NCBI GenBank assembly: GCA_938017905.1
Contig: CALIKX010000031.1
Coordinates: 16,563-80,562, forward strand
Direction of reading: 5' to 3'
DNA: 64,000 nucleotides
Origin: an uncultured Thermoleophilia bacterium
Lineage (GTDB): Bacteria; Actinomycetota; Thermoleophilia; Miltoncostaeales; Miltoncostaeaceae
The position numbers and the translations under genes are program-made. Positions 9,733-18,634 of this stretch are shown here, piece after piece; within the stretch, counting starts at the first letter, position 1; each line of letters opens with the position of its first letter. The notes below the pieces were generated by a model. That model did not search any database and was not told the origin of the DNA. It was given only the letters and a program-made list of their open reading frames with translations.

Positions 9733-11279
9733 GCATCCGGCAGGTCGCCCGCGCGGCCGCCGTCGTCGCGCTCTTCGGGATCCTCTCGCGCGTCCTGGGG
9801 TTCGTGCGCGAGATCGTGCTGGCCGGCGTGTACGGGGCCACCGCCGATACCGATGCGTTGGTGAACGCCCTCTTCGTGGTGAACACGGTGGCGGCCGTGC
9901 TGCTGTACGTGCTGACCACCCTCATGATCCCCGTGTTCCAGCAGGAACGCGAGCGCAGCGGGGCCCAGAGCGCCTGGGGCCTGCTGTGGGCCATCGCGGG
10001 GTGGATCGGGATCGCGCTCATCGTCCTCACCGGCATCGTCGCCATCGCACCCGAGGCGATCATCTGGTTCTTCCAGATGGGCCCGGAGCGGGCGGAGATC
10101 GCCTCCGGCCTGCTGCGGGTGATGGCCCCCGCGCTGATGCTGCAGGGGTTCTCCGCGCTGTTCACGGCGATCCTGCAGGTGCATGGACGCTTCGCCGGGC
10201 CCGCCGCGGTGGGCGTGGCCTTCAATGCCGGGATCCTCGTCGGCGTCATCGCGGGCGCGGGCAGCCTGGGCATCACGGCGGCTGCCTGGGGCGTGGCGCT
10301 GGGGGCCCTGCTCCAGGTGCTGCTGCAGATCCCGCAGTTCGTGCGTGAGTCGCGTGCCGGGGGCGGCCTGCGCGTGGCCTTCTCGCACCCGCGCCTGGGA
10401 CAGGTGGCCGTGCTGGCCATCCCCGTGGCGGCCGCGTCGATCCTGCAGCAGGTCAACTCCTTCACCGACAAGCTGTTCGCGTCATCGCTGGAGGCCGGGC
10501 GGAACGCCGCGCTGTCGTTTGCCAATGCCCTCGGGTCCGCACCACGCACCGTCCTGCTGTTCCCCCTGCTCACGCCGCTGTTCCCGCTCATCGCCCGGTT
10601 CTTCGCCGAAAACCGCAAATCGGACGGCGTGGATGCCTTCCGGCGCGCCGCGGGCATCCTCGCGATGGTGTCGATCCCGCTCTCCATCCTCATGTTCATC
10701 GGGGCCACCGAGATCGCCCAGGTGGCCTTCGGACGCGGCAAGTGCGACGCGAGCTGCGTCGCGGAGATCTCCGGACCGCTCGCCTTCTACGGCATCGCCG
10801 TGTGGGGGAACTTCATCGGCTACCTGCTCAACCGGACCCTCTCGGCCGGCAACCACGCGCGGGAGATCATGGTGGCCACGATCGTCACGGTCGTCCTGAC
10901 GATCGGCCTGGACCTGCTGCTGCTCGGACCCCTGCAGCAGGCGGGGCTGGCGCTGGCCAGTGCCATCGCGGTCTACGCGAACACGGGGATCACCCTCTGG
11001 TTCCTGCGTCGCCGCACCCCGCAGCTCTCGCTGCGGTGGCTCGGGGCGCAGCAGGCACGCATCCTCGCGGCCGGCGTGGTCGGGGGCGCGGTGGCGCTCA
11101 TCCCCGCATTCCTCATGCCCGCCGACACCGCCACCTTCTGGGGTGCACTCACGTGGCTCGCGGTGGTGTCACTCGTGGGTGGCGCGGCCTTCACCGCGGT
11201 GGTGCGCACCGTGGCACCGCGTGAGTTCGCCGACGCACGCGCCTCGCTGCGGAACCTCTCGTTCTCCCGGCGCCGATGA
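9729..11279 (+). CDS. murJ: Lipid II flippase MurJ/MviN family
   Basis: ATGA overlap with the upstream gene. LSRVLGFVREIVLAGVYGATADTDALVNALFVVN is a typical MurJ N-terminus. The protein is 516 aa and polytopic. Confidence 0.85.
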   Translation: MSIRQVARAAAVVALFGILSRVLGFVREIVLAGVYGATADTDALVNALFVVNTVAAVLLYVLTTLMIPVFQQERERSGAQSAWGLLWAIAGWIGIALIVLTGIVAIAPEAIIWFFQMGPERAEIASGLLRVMAPALMLQGFSALFTAILQVHGRFAGPAAVGVAFNAGILVGVIAGAGSLGITAAAWGVALGALLQVLLQIPQFVRESRAGGGLRVAFSHPRLGQVAVLAIPVAAASILQQVNSFTDKLFASSLEAGRNAALSFANALGSAPRTVLLFPLLTPLFPLIARFFAENRKSDGVDAFRRAAGILAMVSIPLSILMFIGATEIAQVAFGRGKCDASCVAEISGPLAFYGIAVWGNFIGYLLNRTLSAGNHAREIMVATIVTVVLTIGLDLLLLGPLQQAGLALASAIAVYANTGITLWFLRRRTPQLSLRWLGAQQARILAAGVVGGAVALIPAFLMPADTATFWGALTWLAVVSLVGGAAFTAVVRTVAPREFADARASLRNLSFSRRR

Positions 11280-12751
11280 CCCGCTGGCGTCCCGGGCCCC
11301 GCACCATCACCGGTGCCCTTCTGGCGGCGATCCTGGGGCTCGGCGCGGTCATCCGCATATGGGCCTTCGGCGGGCTGGAGTTCGGGATCGGGTCCGACGA
11401 CGCCCGCTACGTGGCCGTCGCGCAGAACCTGGCGGGGGGCTCCCTTCCCGACGGCGAGTCCGAGTGGTTCGGGTCGCGCGCGGTGTTCCTCTGGCCGGTT
11501 GCACTGATGTTCCGCCTCGCGGGTGCCGACGACTACCGCGCGGTGACCTGGCCCTTGGTCTGCTCGCTGCTGGCCATCGCCGCGGCGTTCCTCGTGGGAC
11601 GGGAACTGGCCGGGCGACGGCCCGCGCTGGTCGCCGCGGCGCTCGTGGCCGTGGCCCCAGTGGAGGTGCTGTGGGCAACCCGGCTGCGGCCCGACGCCGT
11701 CATGCCGGCCTTCGTGGCGCTCGCCGTGTGGGCGGCACTGCGCGCCCGCCGGGGGCGGCACGCCGGATGGTGGCTTGCCGGGGCGGGCGTGCTGATGGGC
11801 GCGGCGTGGTCGGCGCGCGAGAGCGCCCTGCTCATGCTCCCGGTGGTCGTGTACGCGGCATGGCCGGCCCTGCGTGCCATGCCGCGGCGCACCGGGGCCC
11901 TCGCCGGGGGCCTCTGCGCCATCCCGCTCGCCCTGCTGCTGGTGTTCGCCGCCGACGGCCGCCCCCTGTGGCCGCTCACGGCCACGGCGGGCGCAAGCAG
12001 CCTGCGATCGCCCACCGAGGGGTGGGGCGCCACCACCTCGTACCTGTCGCAACTGGTCACGGGCGTCGGCGATGCGCGCTCACCGCTGCTGATGGCGCTG
12101 CCGCTCGTGCTCATGGCCGGAGCGGTGGCGGTGACACGACGACTGCCTGCGGCGCTCCTGCCCGGCGCATGGCTCGTCTGGGGCTTCGCGTGCCTCGAGA
12201 TCGCAACGCTGGTGAGCGTCGACAAGCCCGTGCGGTTCCTGACCCTCCTCACCGTGCCGGCGGCGCTGCTTGTGGCCATTGCCCTGGACAGCCGCCTGAG
12301 CCCGCTCATCGTCCCTGCCGTGGCCGTGGTGACGGTGCTGGCGGTGGCGCCGCGCCTGGAATCCGGGAACCGGGGCGCGAACGTGATCCTGGTGTCGGCC
12401 GTGGCCGACCGGCTGCGCGACCTGCCGCCGGGACCCGTACTGGCGCGCGACTACACGTGGTGGGCCAAGCTGAACGCCTACGTCCCCCGGGGCCGCCTGA
12501 ACGTGCCACGGGCCGTGGACCCGGCCTTCCTCGACGAGCAGCAGCGTGCACGGGCCCGATTGCTGAGCCCCCTGCCCGATGTGGCGTCCTACCGGGGCGG
12601 CTACGTCGTGACCGGGCCGGTCCGCGGGACCCGGGGCTGGCCGGACAACTGGCGCGACGCCCAGGAGGCCATCGAGGCCGGGGTGCCATGGACCCGGCTG
12701 CGCGAGGTTGCGCGCGTCGGGCGCGCCACCATCTGGCGGTGGGACCCCTGA
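11276..12751 (+). CDS. GT-C fold glycosyltransferase (ArnT/PMT_2-like, polyprenyl-phosphate-sugar dependent)
   Basis: ATGA overlap with murJ. Polytopic membrane N-terminal half with a GSDDARY acidic motif in the first external loop, and a soluble C-terminal domain. Confidence 0.7.
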   Translation: MTRWRPGPRTITGALLAAILGLGAVIRIWAFGGLEFGIGSDDARYVAVAQNLAGGSLPDGESEWFGSRAVFLWPVALMFRLAGADDYRAVTWPLVCSLLAIAAAFLVGRELAGRRPALVAAALVAVAPVEVLWATRLRPDAVMPAFVALAVWAALRARRGRHAGWWLAGAGVLMGAAWSARESALLMLPVVVYAAWPALRAMPRRTGALAGGLCAIPLALLLVFAADGRPLWPLTATAGASSLRSPTEGWGATTSYLSQLVTGVGDARSPLLMALPLVLMAGAVAVTRRLPAALLPGAWLVWGFACLEIATLVSVDKPVRFLTLLTVPAALLVAIALDSRLSPLIVPAVAVVTVLAVAPRLESGNRGANVILVSAVADRLRDLPPGPVLARDYTWWAKLNAYVPRGRLNVPRAVDPAFLDEQQRARARLLSPLPDVASYRGGYVVTGPVRGTRGWPDNWRDAQEAIEAGVPWTRLREVARVGRATIWRWDP

Positions 12752-12774
12752 CCGATCGCGTATCGTGGCGGACA

Positions 12775-13518
12775 ATGCATACGGCCGTCGTGATCCCCGC
12801 GCGGGACGAGGAGCACGCCATCGGCGACGTGGTCGCGGGCGCCCGGGCCGCGCTGCCGGCCGCACGGGTGATTGTCGTGGACGACGCCTCGCGAGACCGC
12901 ACGGCATCGCGCGCACGTGCGAATGGTGCCGAGGTGCTGTCCCTGCCGACGGGTGCGGGGTACGCCGGCGCGCTGCGCGCGGGCTACCGTGCGGCGCTCG
13001 CGGGGCCGATGGACGCCCTCCTGCAGATGGACGGCGACGGCCAGCACCGTGCCGGTGACCTGCCCCGCCTCCTCACGGGCCTTGCCGATGCCGACATGGT
13101 CATCGGGTCGCGCTTCCTGGGCCCCACGCCCGGCTACCGGATCCCCGTGCTCCGACGCGCCGGCATGGCGGCATGCCGGTGGATGGGCGCCGCCGCCGAC
13201 GGCCTCTGCATCACCGATCCGACATCCGGGCTGCGCGCCATGACCCCCGGGGCTGCCGCACGACTGGCCCATCACGGCTTCCCCGGCGGACTCACCGAGA
13301 CCACCCTGCTCATTCACATGCGGCGCGCAGGGTTCCGGATCGGCGAGATCCCCGTGGTCATGCGGGCATCGACCGGCAGGTCCATGCACGACGGCCTGGC
13401 TGGCGGGGTGCACTTCCTGCGGATCGCGTGGTCACTGCGCGGCCTGGGCAGCGGCCCCGATCGCGATATCGCGACGGTATCGGCCGAGCCCGCTCCCATG
13501 CCTGCGGGACGCGGATGA
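12775..13518 (+). CDS. GT2 glycosyltransferase (DPM1/ArnC/GtrB-like polyprenyl-phosphate sugar synthase)
   Basis: In-frame ATG 12775 in the long ORF 10960..13518. VVIPARDEE..I, VIVVDDASRD.T, QMDGDGQH, ITDPTSGLRA. Confidence 0.8.
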   Translation: MHTAVVIPARDEEHAIGDVVAGARAALPAARVIVVDDASRDRTASRARANGAEVLSLPTGAGYAGALRAGYRAALAGPMDALLQMDGDGQHRAGDLPRLLTGLADADMVIGSRFLGPTPGYRIPVLRRAGMAACRWMGAAADGLCITDPTSGLRAMTPGAAARLAHHGFPGGLTETTLLIHMRRAGFRIGEIPVVMRASTGRSMHDGLAGGVHFLRIAWSLRGLGSGPDRDIATVSAEPAPMPAGRG

Positions 13519-13565
13519 CGGCCGGGTCGCAGGGGAACGCCTTGTAAGGACATTGTGTGCGAACG

Positions 13566-13583
13566 CCGCGCATGCATGCGCGG
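13566..13583. promoter_or_regulatory. Perfect 18-bp palindrome CCGCGCATGCATGCGCGG, a candidate operator upstream of the next CDS
   Basis: Read directly from the sequence. It lies 29 nt upstream of ATG 13612, in the only sizeable intergenic gap in this part of the cluster. Confidence 0.4.
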
Positions 13584-13611
13584 ATGGGCACACATGCGTC
13601 ATATTCAGGCC

Positions 13612-14607
13612 ATGAGCAGGATGATCCCCCATCTCGCGGCGATCGGCTGCGCCGCGGTTCTGGCCTGCGGGGGAGCAGCCGTCGCCACACCGGGGCCACC
13701 CCCGGGCGATCGCGGCACCGAGGCCGGGAACGAGGCGCGCGCGCGTCCCGACAGGCCCGGGAACGGCGGGGGCAACGGTCGCAACCCCGGTCGCAACCCC
13801 GGAAACGGCGGGGGTCGCAACCCGATCGTCCCACCACAGGCGGCACCACCGCAACCGGTGCTCCCGCCCAACCCGATCGCGCCATCGCGCCCATCACGCG
13901 ATCCGGCAGCCGGGCGGTCCCCCCGGGATGACCGCCCGTCGACCAGCCCCGGGGACCGGGGCGCCGGCACGTCCGGAGCGGGTGCAGCACCCGCGACGGC
14001 CGGCACCTCGGGAGCGGGCACGGGTAGCGGATCCACGGCCCCCGCCACCACGCCGACCACCGCAGTGCCCTCCGGCGTTCGCACGCGGGGCCTTGCCGCG
14101 GGTCGCGGACCCATCACGATCAAGGTATACGTGGACCTCGGCGATCCCGATGACGCCTACGCCCACCTGGCCATCAGCCCCGACCTGCTCGACGCCGTCG
14201 CGTCCGATGGCACGGCGCGGGTGCTGCTCTGCCCGCTCGTGACGCGGCGCGACGTGAACAGCACCGAGGCGGCACGGGTGCTGCTGGCCGCATCACGGCA
14301 GAACCGGGCATGGCAGGTGGCCGCGGGGCTCGCGCGCACGCGGCTCACGCGCGATGGGGACTGGCTCACCGCGGCCACGCTCCGCAGGGTGGTGCGGTCC
14401 GCCAAGCGCGTATCGGCCAAGCGGTTGACACGTGACGCCAAGGCACGCCGGACGGTCCGCAACCTGAACCGGGTCCGCAAGGCGGCGCGCACGGACCGGG
14501 TCCGCAAGACGCCGGCATTCGTGGTCGAGGGCCCGGGCGGGGAGCGGCGGGTCACCAACCCCACGGGGCTCGGCGAGATCATGGGCGCCGTCGACGCGGT
14601 GCGGTGA
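13612..14607 (+). CDS. Secreted protein with a Pro/Gly/Asn-rich low-complexity linker and a DsbA-like thioredoxin-fold domain lacking CxxC
   Basis: Signal-like N-terminus [47 protein letters not shown] repeats. The C-terminal domain has [12 protein letters not shown] where DsbA has F.D..CP.C, then [15 protein letters not shown] and KTPAFVVEG. Confidence 0.55.
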   Translation: MSRMIPHLAAIGCAAVLACGGAAVATPGPPPGDRGTEAGNEARARPDRPGNGGGNGRNPGRNPGNGGGRNPIVPPQAAPPQPVLPPNPIAPSRPSRDPAAGRSPRDDRPSTSPGDRGAGTSGAGAAPATAGTSGAGTGSGSTAPATTPTTAVPSGVRTRGLAAGRGPITIKVYVDLGDPDDAYAHLAISPDLLDAVASDGTARVLLCPLVTRRDVNSTEAARVLLAASRQNRAWQVAAGLARTRLTRDGDWLTAATLRRVVRSAKRVSAKRLTRDAKARRTVRNLNRVRKAARTDRVRKTPAFVVEGPGGERRVTNPTGLGEIMGAVDAVR

Positions 14608-14635
14608 CCACACGTGCTCCGGTAGCCTGACCCGC

Positions 14636-15571
14636 ATGCCGACATCCGTCGTCACCGGCGGCGCGGGCTTCCTGGGATCGCACCTCTGCGACCGCCTCCT
14701 CGCCGACGGCCATCGCGTGATCTGCGTGGACAACCTCGACACGGGGACGCTCGAGAACATCGAGCACATCCGCTCGGGGGACTTCGTGTTCCTCGAGCAC
14801 GACATGGTCCGCCACCTCGAGATCCACGAGCAGGTGGACGAGGTATTCCACCTCGCCTCGCCCGCGAGCCCCATCGACTACCTGCGGCTTCCCCTCCATA
14901 CGCTCAAGGTGGGCTCCTACGGCACGCACAACGCCCTGGGCCTCGCAAAGAAGCACCGGGCGCGGTTCCTGCTGGCCTCCACCAGCGAGGTGTACGGCGA
15001 CCCCCAGGTACACCCCCAGCGCGAGGACTACTGGGGGCACGTGAACCCCATCGGGCCGCGCGGCGTGTACGACGAGGCCAAGCGGTACGCGGAGGCGCTC
15101 ACGATGGCGTACCACCGGCAGCAGGGGGTCGACACCCACATCGTCCGCATCTTCAACACCTATGGCCCGCGGATGCGGCCGAAGGACGGGCGTGCCATCC
15201 CCACGTTCCTGCGACAGGCCCGCGACGGCGCACCGCTCACCGTGTTCGGCGATGGCGCTCAGACCCGGTCATTCTGCTTCGTCACCGATCTCATCGAGGG
15301 ACTGGTGCGTCTCATCCGCAGCGATGAGCACTCACCCGTGAACATCGGCAATCCCGAGGAGTACACGATCCTGCAACTGGCCGAGGCGGTCCGCGGGGCC
15401 ACCGGGTCGGCATCGGAGATCGTCTACGAGGCGCTCCCGCAGGACGACCCCGCCGTGCGCCAGCCCGACATCTCCCGGGCGCGGGAGATCCTCGGATGGG
15501 AGCCGACCGTGGGGCTCGCCGATGGCCTGCGCATGACCATCGCGGGCACCACGCGCGCACCGGGCCGGTAG
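14636..15571 (+). CDS. UDP-glucuronate decarboxylase (UDP-xylose synthase-like SDR)
   Basis: [57 protein letters not shown]. Confidence 0.85.
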   Translation: MPTSVVTGGAGFLGSHLCDRLLADGHRVICVDNLDTGTLENIEHIRSGDFVFLEHDMVRHLEIHEQVDEVFHLASPASPIDYLRLPLHTLKVGSYGTHNALGLAKKHRARFLLASTSEVYGDPQVHPQREDYWGHVNPIGPRGVYDEAKRYAEALTMAYHRQQGVDTHIVRIFNTYGPRMRPKDGRAIPTFLRQARDGAPLTVFGDGAQTRSFCFVTDLIEGLVRLIRSDEHSPVNIGNPEEYTILQLAEAVRGATGSASEIVYEALPQDDPAVRQPDISRAREILGWEPTVGLADGLRMTIAGTTRAPGR

Positions 15572-15576
15572 TCCCC

Positions 15577-16518
15577 GTGGCCGGGGCGGCCGTGCGGGCG
15601 CGGGGCCTGATGAAGGCCTACGGCCCCCGCGTCGCGGTTGACGGGCTCGACCTCGACATCCGCCGCGGCGAGTGCTTCGGGTTCCTCGGCCCAAATGGCG
15701 CGGGCAAGACCACCACGATGCGCATGCTGGCCTGCCTCTCGCACCGCGACGCCGGCGAGCTGGAGGTGCTCGGCACCGATCCCGATCGCGACCCGCGTAC
15801 GCTCAAGGCGCGTCTGGGCGTGGTGCCGCAGGAGGTCAACCTCGACCTCGAGCTCTCGGTCATCGAGAACATGGTCGTGTACGGCCGCTACTTCGGGATG
15901 CGCGCTGCGGACGCCCGGTCGCGCGCGGCGGGGCTGCTCGACTTCGTGGGCCTGGGCGACCGTGCCGGCGACACCGTCGTGCGGCTGTCGGGGGGCATGC
16001 AGCGGCGCCTGCAGATCGCACGGGCGCTCATCAACGACCCGGCAATGATCCTGCTGGATGAGCCCACCACCGGCCTGGACCCGCAGGCGCGGCGGCTCGT
16101 GTGGGACCGCCTGCGCGACCTGCGCGCCACGGGCACGTCGGTCGTCCTCACCACGCACTACATGGACGAGGCCGAGCGCCTGTGCGACCGCCTCGTCATC
16201 ATCGATCACGGCAGGGTCATGCGCGAGGGATCGCCGGCGGCGCTCGTGCGCGCCGAGGTGGGAGAGGAGGTGCTGGAGATGCGCACGGGTCCCGGCGATG
16301 CCGCCGCCCTCGCGGCCGCAGCATCGCCGCGGCACCTCGTCGCCGGCGAGACGGTGCTGGCCTTCGGGGACGATGCGGACGCGATGCGGCACCGCGCCGC
16401 GGGGTCGGGCCTGCGATGGGACCTCGTCGCGGAGAGGCGCGCCACCCTCGAGGACCTCTTCATCATCCTCACGGGCCACTCGCTGCGCGAGAGTGCGGGA
16501 GAGGACCCCCCGGGCTAG
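15577..16518 (+). CDS. ABC transporter ATP-binding protein (DrrA/NodI-like), with no adjacent permease
   Basis: GTG 15577. Walker A GPNGAGKTT, signature LSGGMQRR, Walker B ILLDEPTTGLD, H-loop TTHYM. Confidence 0.85.
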   Translation: MAGAAVRARGLMKAYGPRVAVDGLDLDIRRGECFGFLGPNGAGKTTTMRMLACLSHRDAGELEVLGTDPDRDPRTLKARLGVVPQEVNLDLELSVIENMVVYGRYFGMRAADARSRAAGLLDFVGLGDRAGDTVVRLSGGMQRRLQIARALINDPAMILLDEPTTGLDPQARRLVWDRLRDLRATGTSVVLTTHYMDEAERLCDRLVIIDHGRVMREGSPAALVRAEVGEEVLEMRTGPGDAAALAAAASPRHLVAGETVLAFGDDADAMRHRAAGSGLRWDLVAERRATLEDLFIILTGHSLRESAGEDPPG

Positions 16519-17309
16519 GCGGTGGTCTCCGAGGGCTCGGCGGCATCGCCGCGGGACCAGGGGGCCGGGCGCCCGAACACCGAGGCCAACCAGATGCCCA
16601 CGGCGTACAGGATCAGCTGGGGGATCATGAGCAGGATCATGCTGACCGGGTCGCCACCCGGCAGGATCGCGGCGACGAAGGCGATCACCACGATCGCCAC
16701 CCGCCAGCCACGCCGGAACTGCTCGGCGCTCACCAGTCCGAGCCGGGCAAGCACCAGCATGGCCACGGGCACCTCGAACACCAGACCGCCCGCGAACATG
16801 ATGGTGAGAGCGAATGAGAAGTACTCGTTGGCGCGCAGGGCGATCTCAAAGTCGTTGCCCGCGAAGCCGAGCAGCCACTGAAGTGCCACCGGCAACACCA
16901 GGAAGTACACGAAGAGCACGCCGCCGATGAACAGCAGCGACACGCCCCCCACCACCACCAGCATGCGACGGCGTGTCTGGCGGCCGATCGCCGGGACCAC
17001 GTACGCATACAGCTGGTAGAGCAGGACGGGCAGGGTCACCAGCACCGCGGCGCCGAACACCACCTTCAGGATCACCAGGAAGGGTTCGGTGGGTGACAGC
17101 GCCAGCAGGCTGCGGTACTCGGGCGCGAGCGGCTCGAGCAGCACGTCGAGCAACCACTCGTTGAACACGTAGAGGATCGCGAATGCGGCCGCCAGCGTGC
17201 CGACCGCGATGAACAGCCGCGTGCGGAGCTCCGTGAGGTGCTCCACCACGCTCAGCTCATCGTCCGGCGCGACCCTGCTCACGCCGAGGCGCCCGAAGAG
17301 GCCCCCCAC
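16515..17309 (-). CDS. tatC: Twin-arginine translocase subunit TatC
   Basis: HLTELRTRL, multi-TM 264 aa, sits directly downstream of tatA. Confidence 0.9.
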   Translation of the reverse strand: MGGLFGRLGVSRVAPDDELSVVEHLTELRTRLFIAVGTLAAAFAILYVFNEWLLDVLLEPLAPEYRSLLALSPTEPFLVILKVVFGAAVLVTLPVLLYQLYAYVVPAIGRQTRRRMLVVVGGVSLLFIGGVLFVYFLVLPVALQWLLGFAGNDFEIALRANEYFSFALTIMFAGGLVFEVPVAMLVLARLGLVSAEQFRRGWRVAIVVIAFVAAILPGGDPVSMILLMIPQLILYAVGIWLASVFGRPAPWSRGDAAEPSETTA

Positions 17310-17313
17310 TGCG

Positions 17314-17625
17314 CTATCCGGCGGCGGGCGGGCGCTCCTGCGGCGGAGCGTCGCCGCTCACCACCACGCCCTCCAGCACGTCGGCGGCAGTGGTGGGGGC
17401 CTCGGGGCTGCCGGCCGTCGCCTTGGTCACGGGCGCCACCTGGGCGGCCTGCGTGGGTGCCGCCGCGGGCTCCGGGTCGTCCCGGCGCTCGCCGCTGAGG
17501 GTGTCCTTGAAATCACGGATGCCCTTGCCGACGGCGCGGCTGAACTCCGGCAGCTTGGTGGGGCCAAGCACGAGCACCGCGATGACCAGGACGATGATGA
17601 GCTGGATGGGCGAGAGGTCGAACAT
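17314..17625 (-). CDS. tatA: Twin-arginine translocase subunit TatA/E
   Basis: MFDLSPIQLIIVLVIAVLVLGPTKLPE..R.VGKGIR.FK. Confidence 0.9.
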   Translation of the reverse strand: MFDLSPIQLIIVLVIAVLVLGPTKLPEFSRAVGKGIRDFKDTLSGERRDDPEPAAAPTQAAQVAPVTKATAGSPEAPTTAADVLEGVVVSGDAPPQERPPAAG

Positions 17626-17696
17626 GCGAATGCGAAGGCTAGACCCCGGCGCGTTCCGGGGCCAGCCCCCGATGTGGCTGGGATAGGGTTCGCCGC

Positions 17697-17987
17697 ATGC
17701 CGAATGACCCCACCTCCACGGCGGATGATGTCGCCATCCGCCAGATGCGCGACCAGATCATCGACAACGACCTGAAGCTGGTGCAGGCGATAAACCAGCG
17801 GCTCACGCTCGTCGCGCGCCTGCGTGCGTACAAGCACGAGCGCGGACTGGAGTTCGTGGACCCCTCGCGCGAGGAGTGGATGCACCGGTACCTGCAGGGG
17901 GCCAATGGCGGCCCCCTCTCAGGCGAGGGGCTCACCGAGATCTACGGACACGTGCTGGAGCTGACCAAGCGCGAGACCGCGGACTGA
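17697..17987 (+). CDS. Chorismate mutase (small AroQ class)
   Basis: 96 aa. IRQMRDQIIDNDLKLVQAINQRL.L...RAYK...G....DP.RE. Confidence 0.75.
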   Translation: MPNDPTSTADDVAIRQMRDQIIDNDLKLVQAINQRLTLVARLRAYKHERGLEFVDPSREEWMHRYLQGANGGPLSGEGLTEIYGHVLELTKRETAD

Positions 17988-18002
17988 CGCGGCCGCGGGA
18001 CC

Positions 18003-18485
18003 TCAGCCCGCGAAGTCCTCCGGCGTCACCTGGTCGAGGAACTCCTTGAACTTCTCGACCATGTCCTCATCGTCCTCGGGCTCGTGCTCGAACTCGATGG
18101 CGTTCTCGTCCAGCAGGTCATCGGCGGCGAAGATGGGCGCGCCCGTGCGCACCGCCACCGCGATGGCGTCACTGGGCCGGGCATCCACCTCCACATCCGG
18201 ACCCGTGGTGCTCAGCTGGATCAGGGCGTGGAAGGTGCTGTCGCGCATCTCGGTCACCGTCACGCGGGCCACCTCGGCATGCAGGCCCTCGATGACGTCG
18301 GCCATCAGGTCGTGCGTCATCGGCCGCGGCGAGTCCGTGCCCTGCAGCTTCATCAGGATGGCCGCCGCCTCCGCATGGCCGATCCAGATGGGCAGGAAGC
18401 GGTTGCCGTCGGCGGTCTTCAGCAGCACGATGGGCTGCTTGCCGACCATGTCGAAGCTCACGCCGTAGATCACCATCTCCTGCAT
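18003..18485 (-). CDS. Bifunctional nuclease family protein (BFN/DUF151)
   Basis: V.LK......LPIWIG..EA.AI......RPMTHDL pattern. Confidence 0.75.
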   Translation of the reverse strand: MQEMVIYGVSFDMVGKQPIVLLKTADGNRFLPIWIGHAEAAAILMKLQGTDSPRPMTHDLMADVIEGLHAEVARVTVTEMRDSTFHALIQLSTTGPDVEVDARPSDAIAVAVRTGAPIFAADDLLDENAIEFEHEPEDDEDMVEKFKEFLDQVTPEDFAG

Positions 18486-18540
18486 GGGCCGATCATAGAC
18501 GCGCCGGTGCCGCTCATCCGCTGCTATGGTCCCGCGCCGC

Positions 18541-18614
18541 GGGCGATTAGCTCAGGTGGTTAGAGCGCATCCCTGATAAGGATGAGGTCCCAGGTTCGAG
18601 TCCTGGATCGCCCA
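18541..18614 (+). tRNA. tRNA-Ile (anticodon GAU), with no encoded CCA
   Basis: Folded by hand into a cloverleaf: acceptor GGGCGAT/ATCGCCC, D-stem GCTC/GAGC, anticodon stem CATCC/GGATG with loop CTGATAA, T-arm CCAGG-TTCGAGT-CCTGG, discriminator A. Length 74 nt. Confidence 0.9.
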
Positions 18615-18634
18615 CTTCCCCGGAGTCCTCGCAC

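Noticed and set aside
10960-12774. The 5' two-thirds of the 852-aa ORF 10960..13518, which overlaps murJ and the GT-C gene in another frame.
   Set aside because: The translation there is Arg/Gly/Pro-rich nonsense. Only the part from ATG 12775 onward has GT2 motifs. murJ and the GT-C gene account for the DNA.
13777-13825. Repeats of GGTCGCAACCCC (three copies; two are directly tandem at 13777..13800 and the third is at 13814..13825), considered as a possible regulatory or CRISPR-like array.
   Set aside because: They lie inside a coding low-complexity linker (the GRNP repeats). The units are only 12 nt, two are directly adjacent with no spacer, and no cas genes are nearby.
17626-17696. Short direct repeat GAATGCGAATGCGAA in the divergent tatA/chorismate mutase intergenic region.
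   Set aside because: There are only two and a half copies of a 6-mer. That is too short to separate from chance, and no matching regulator is evident.
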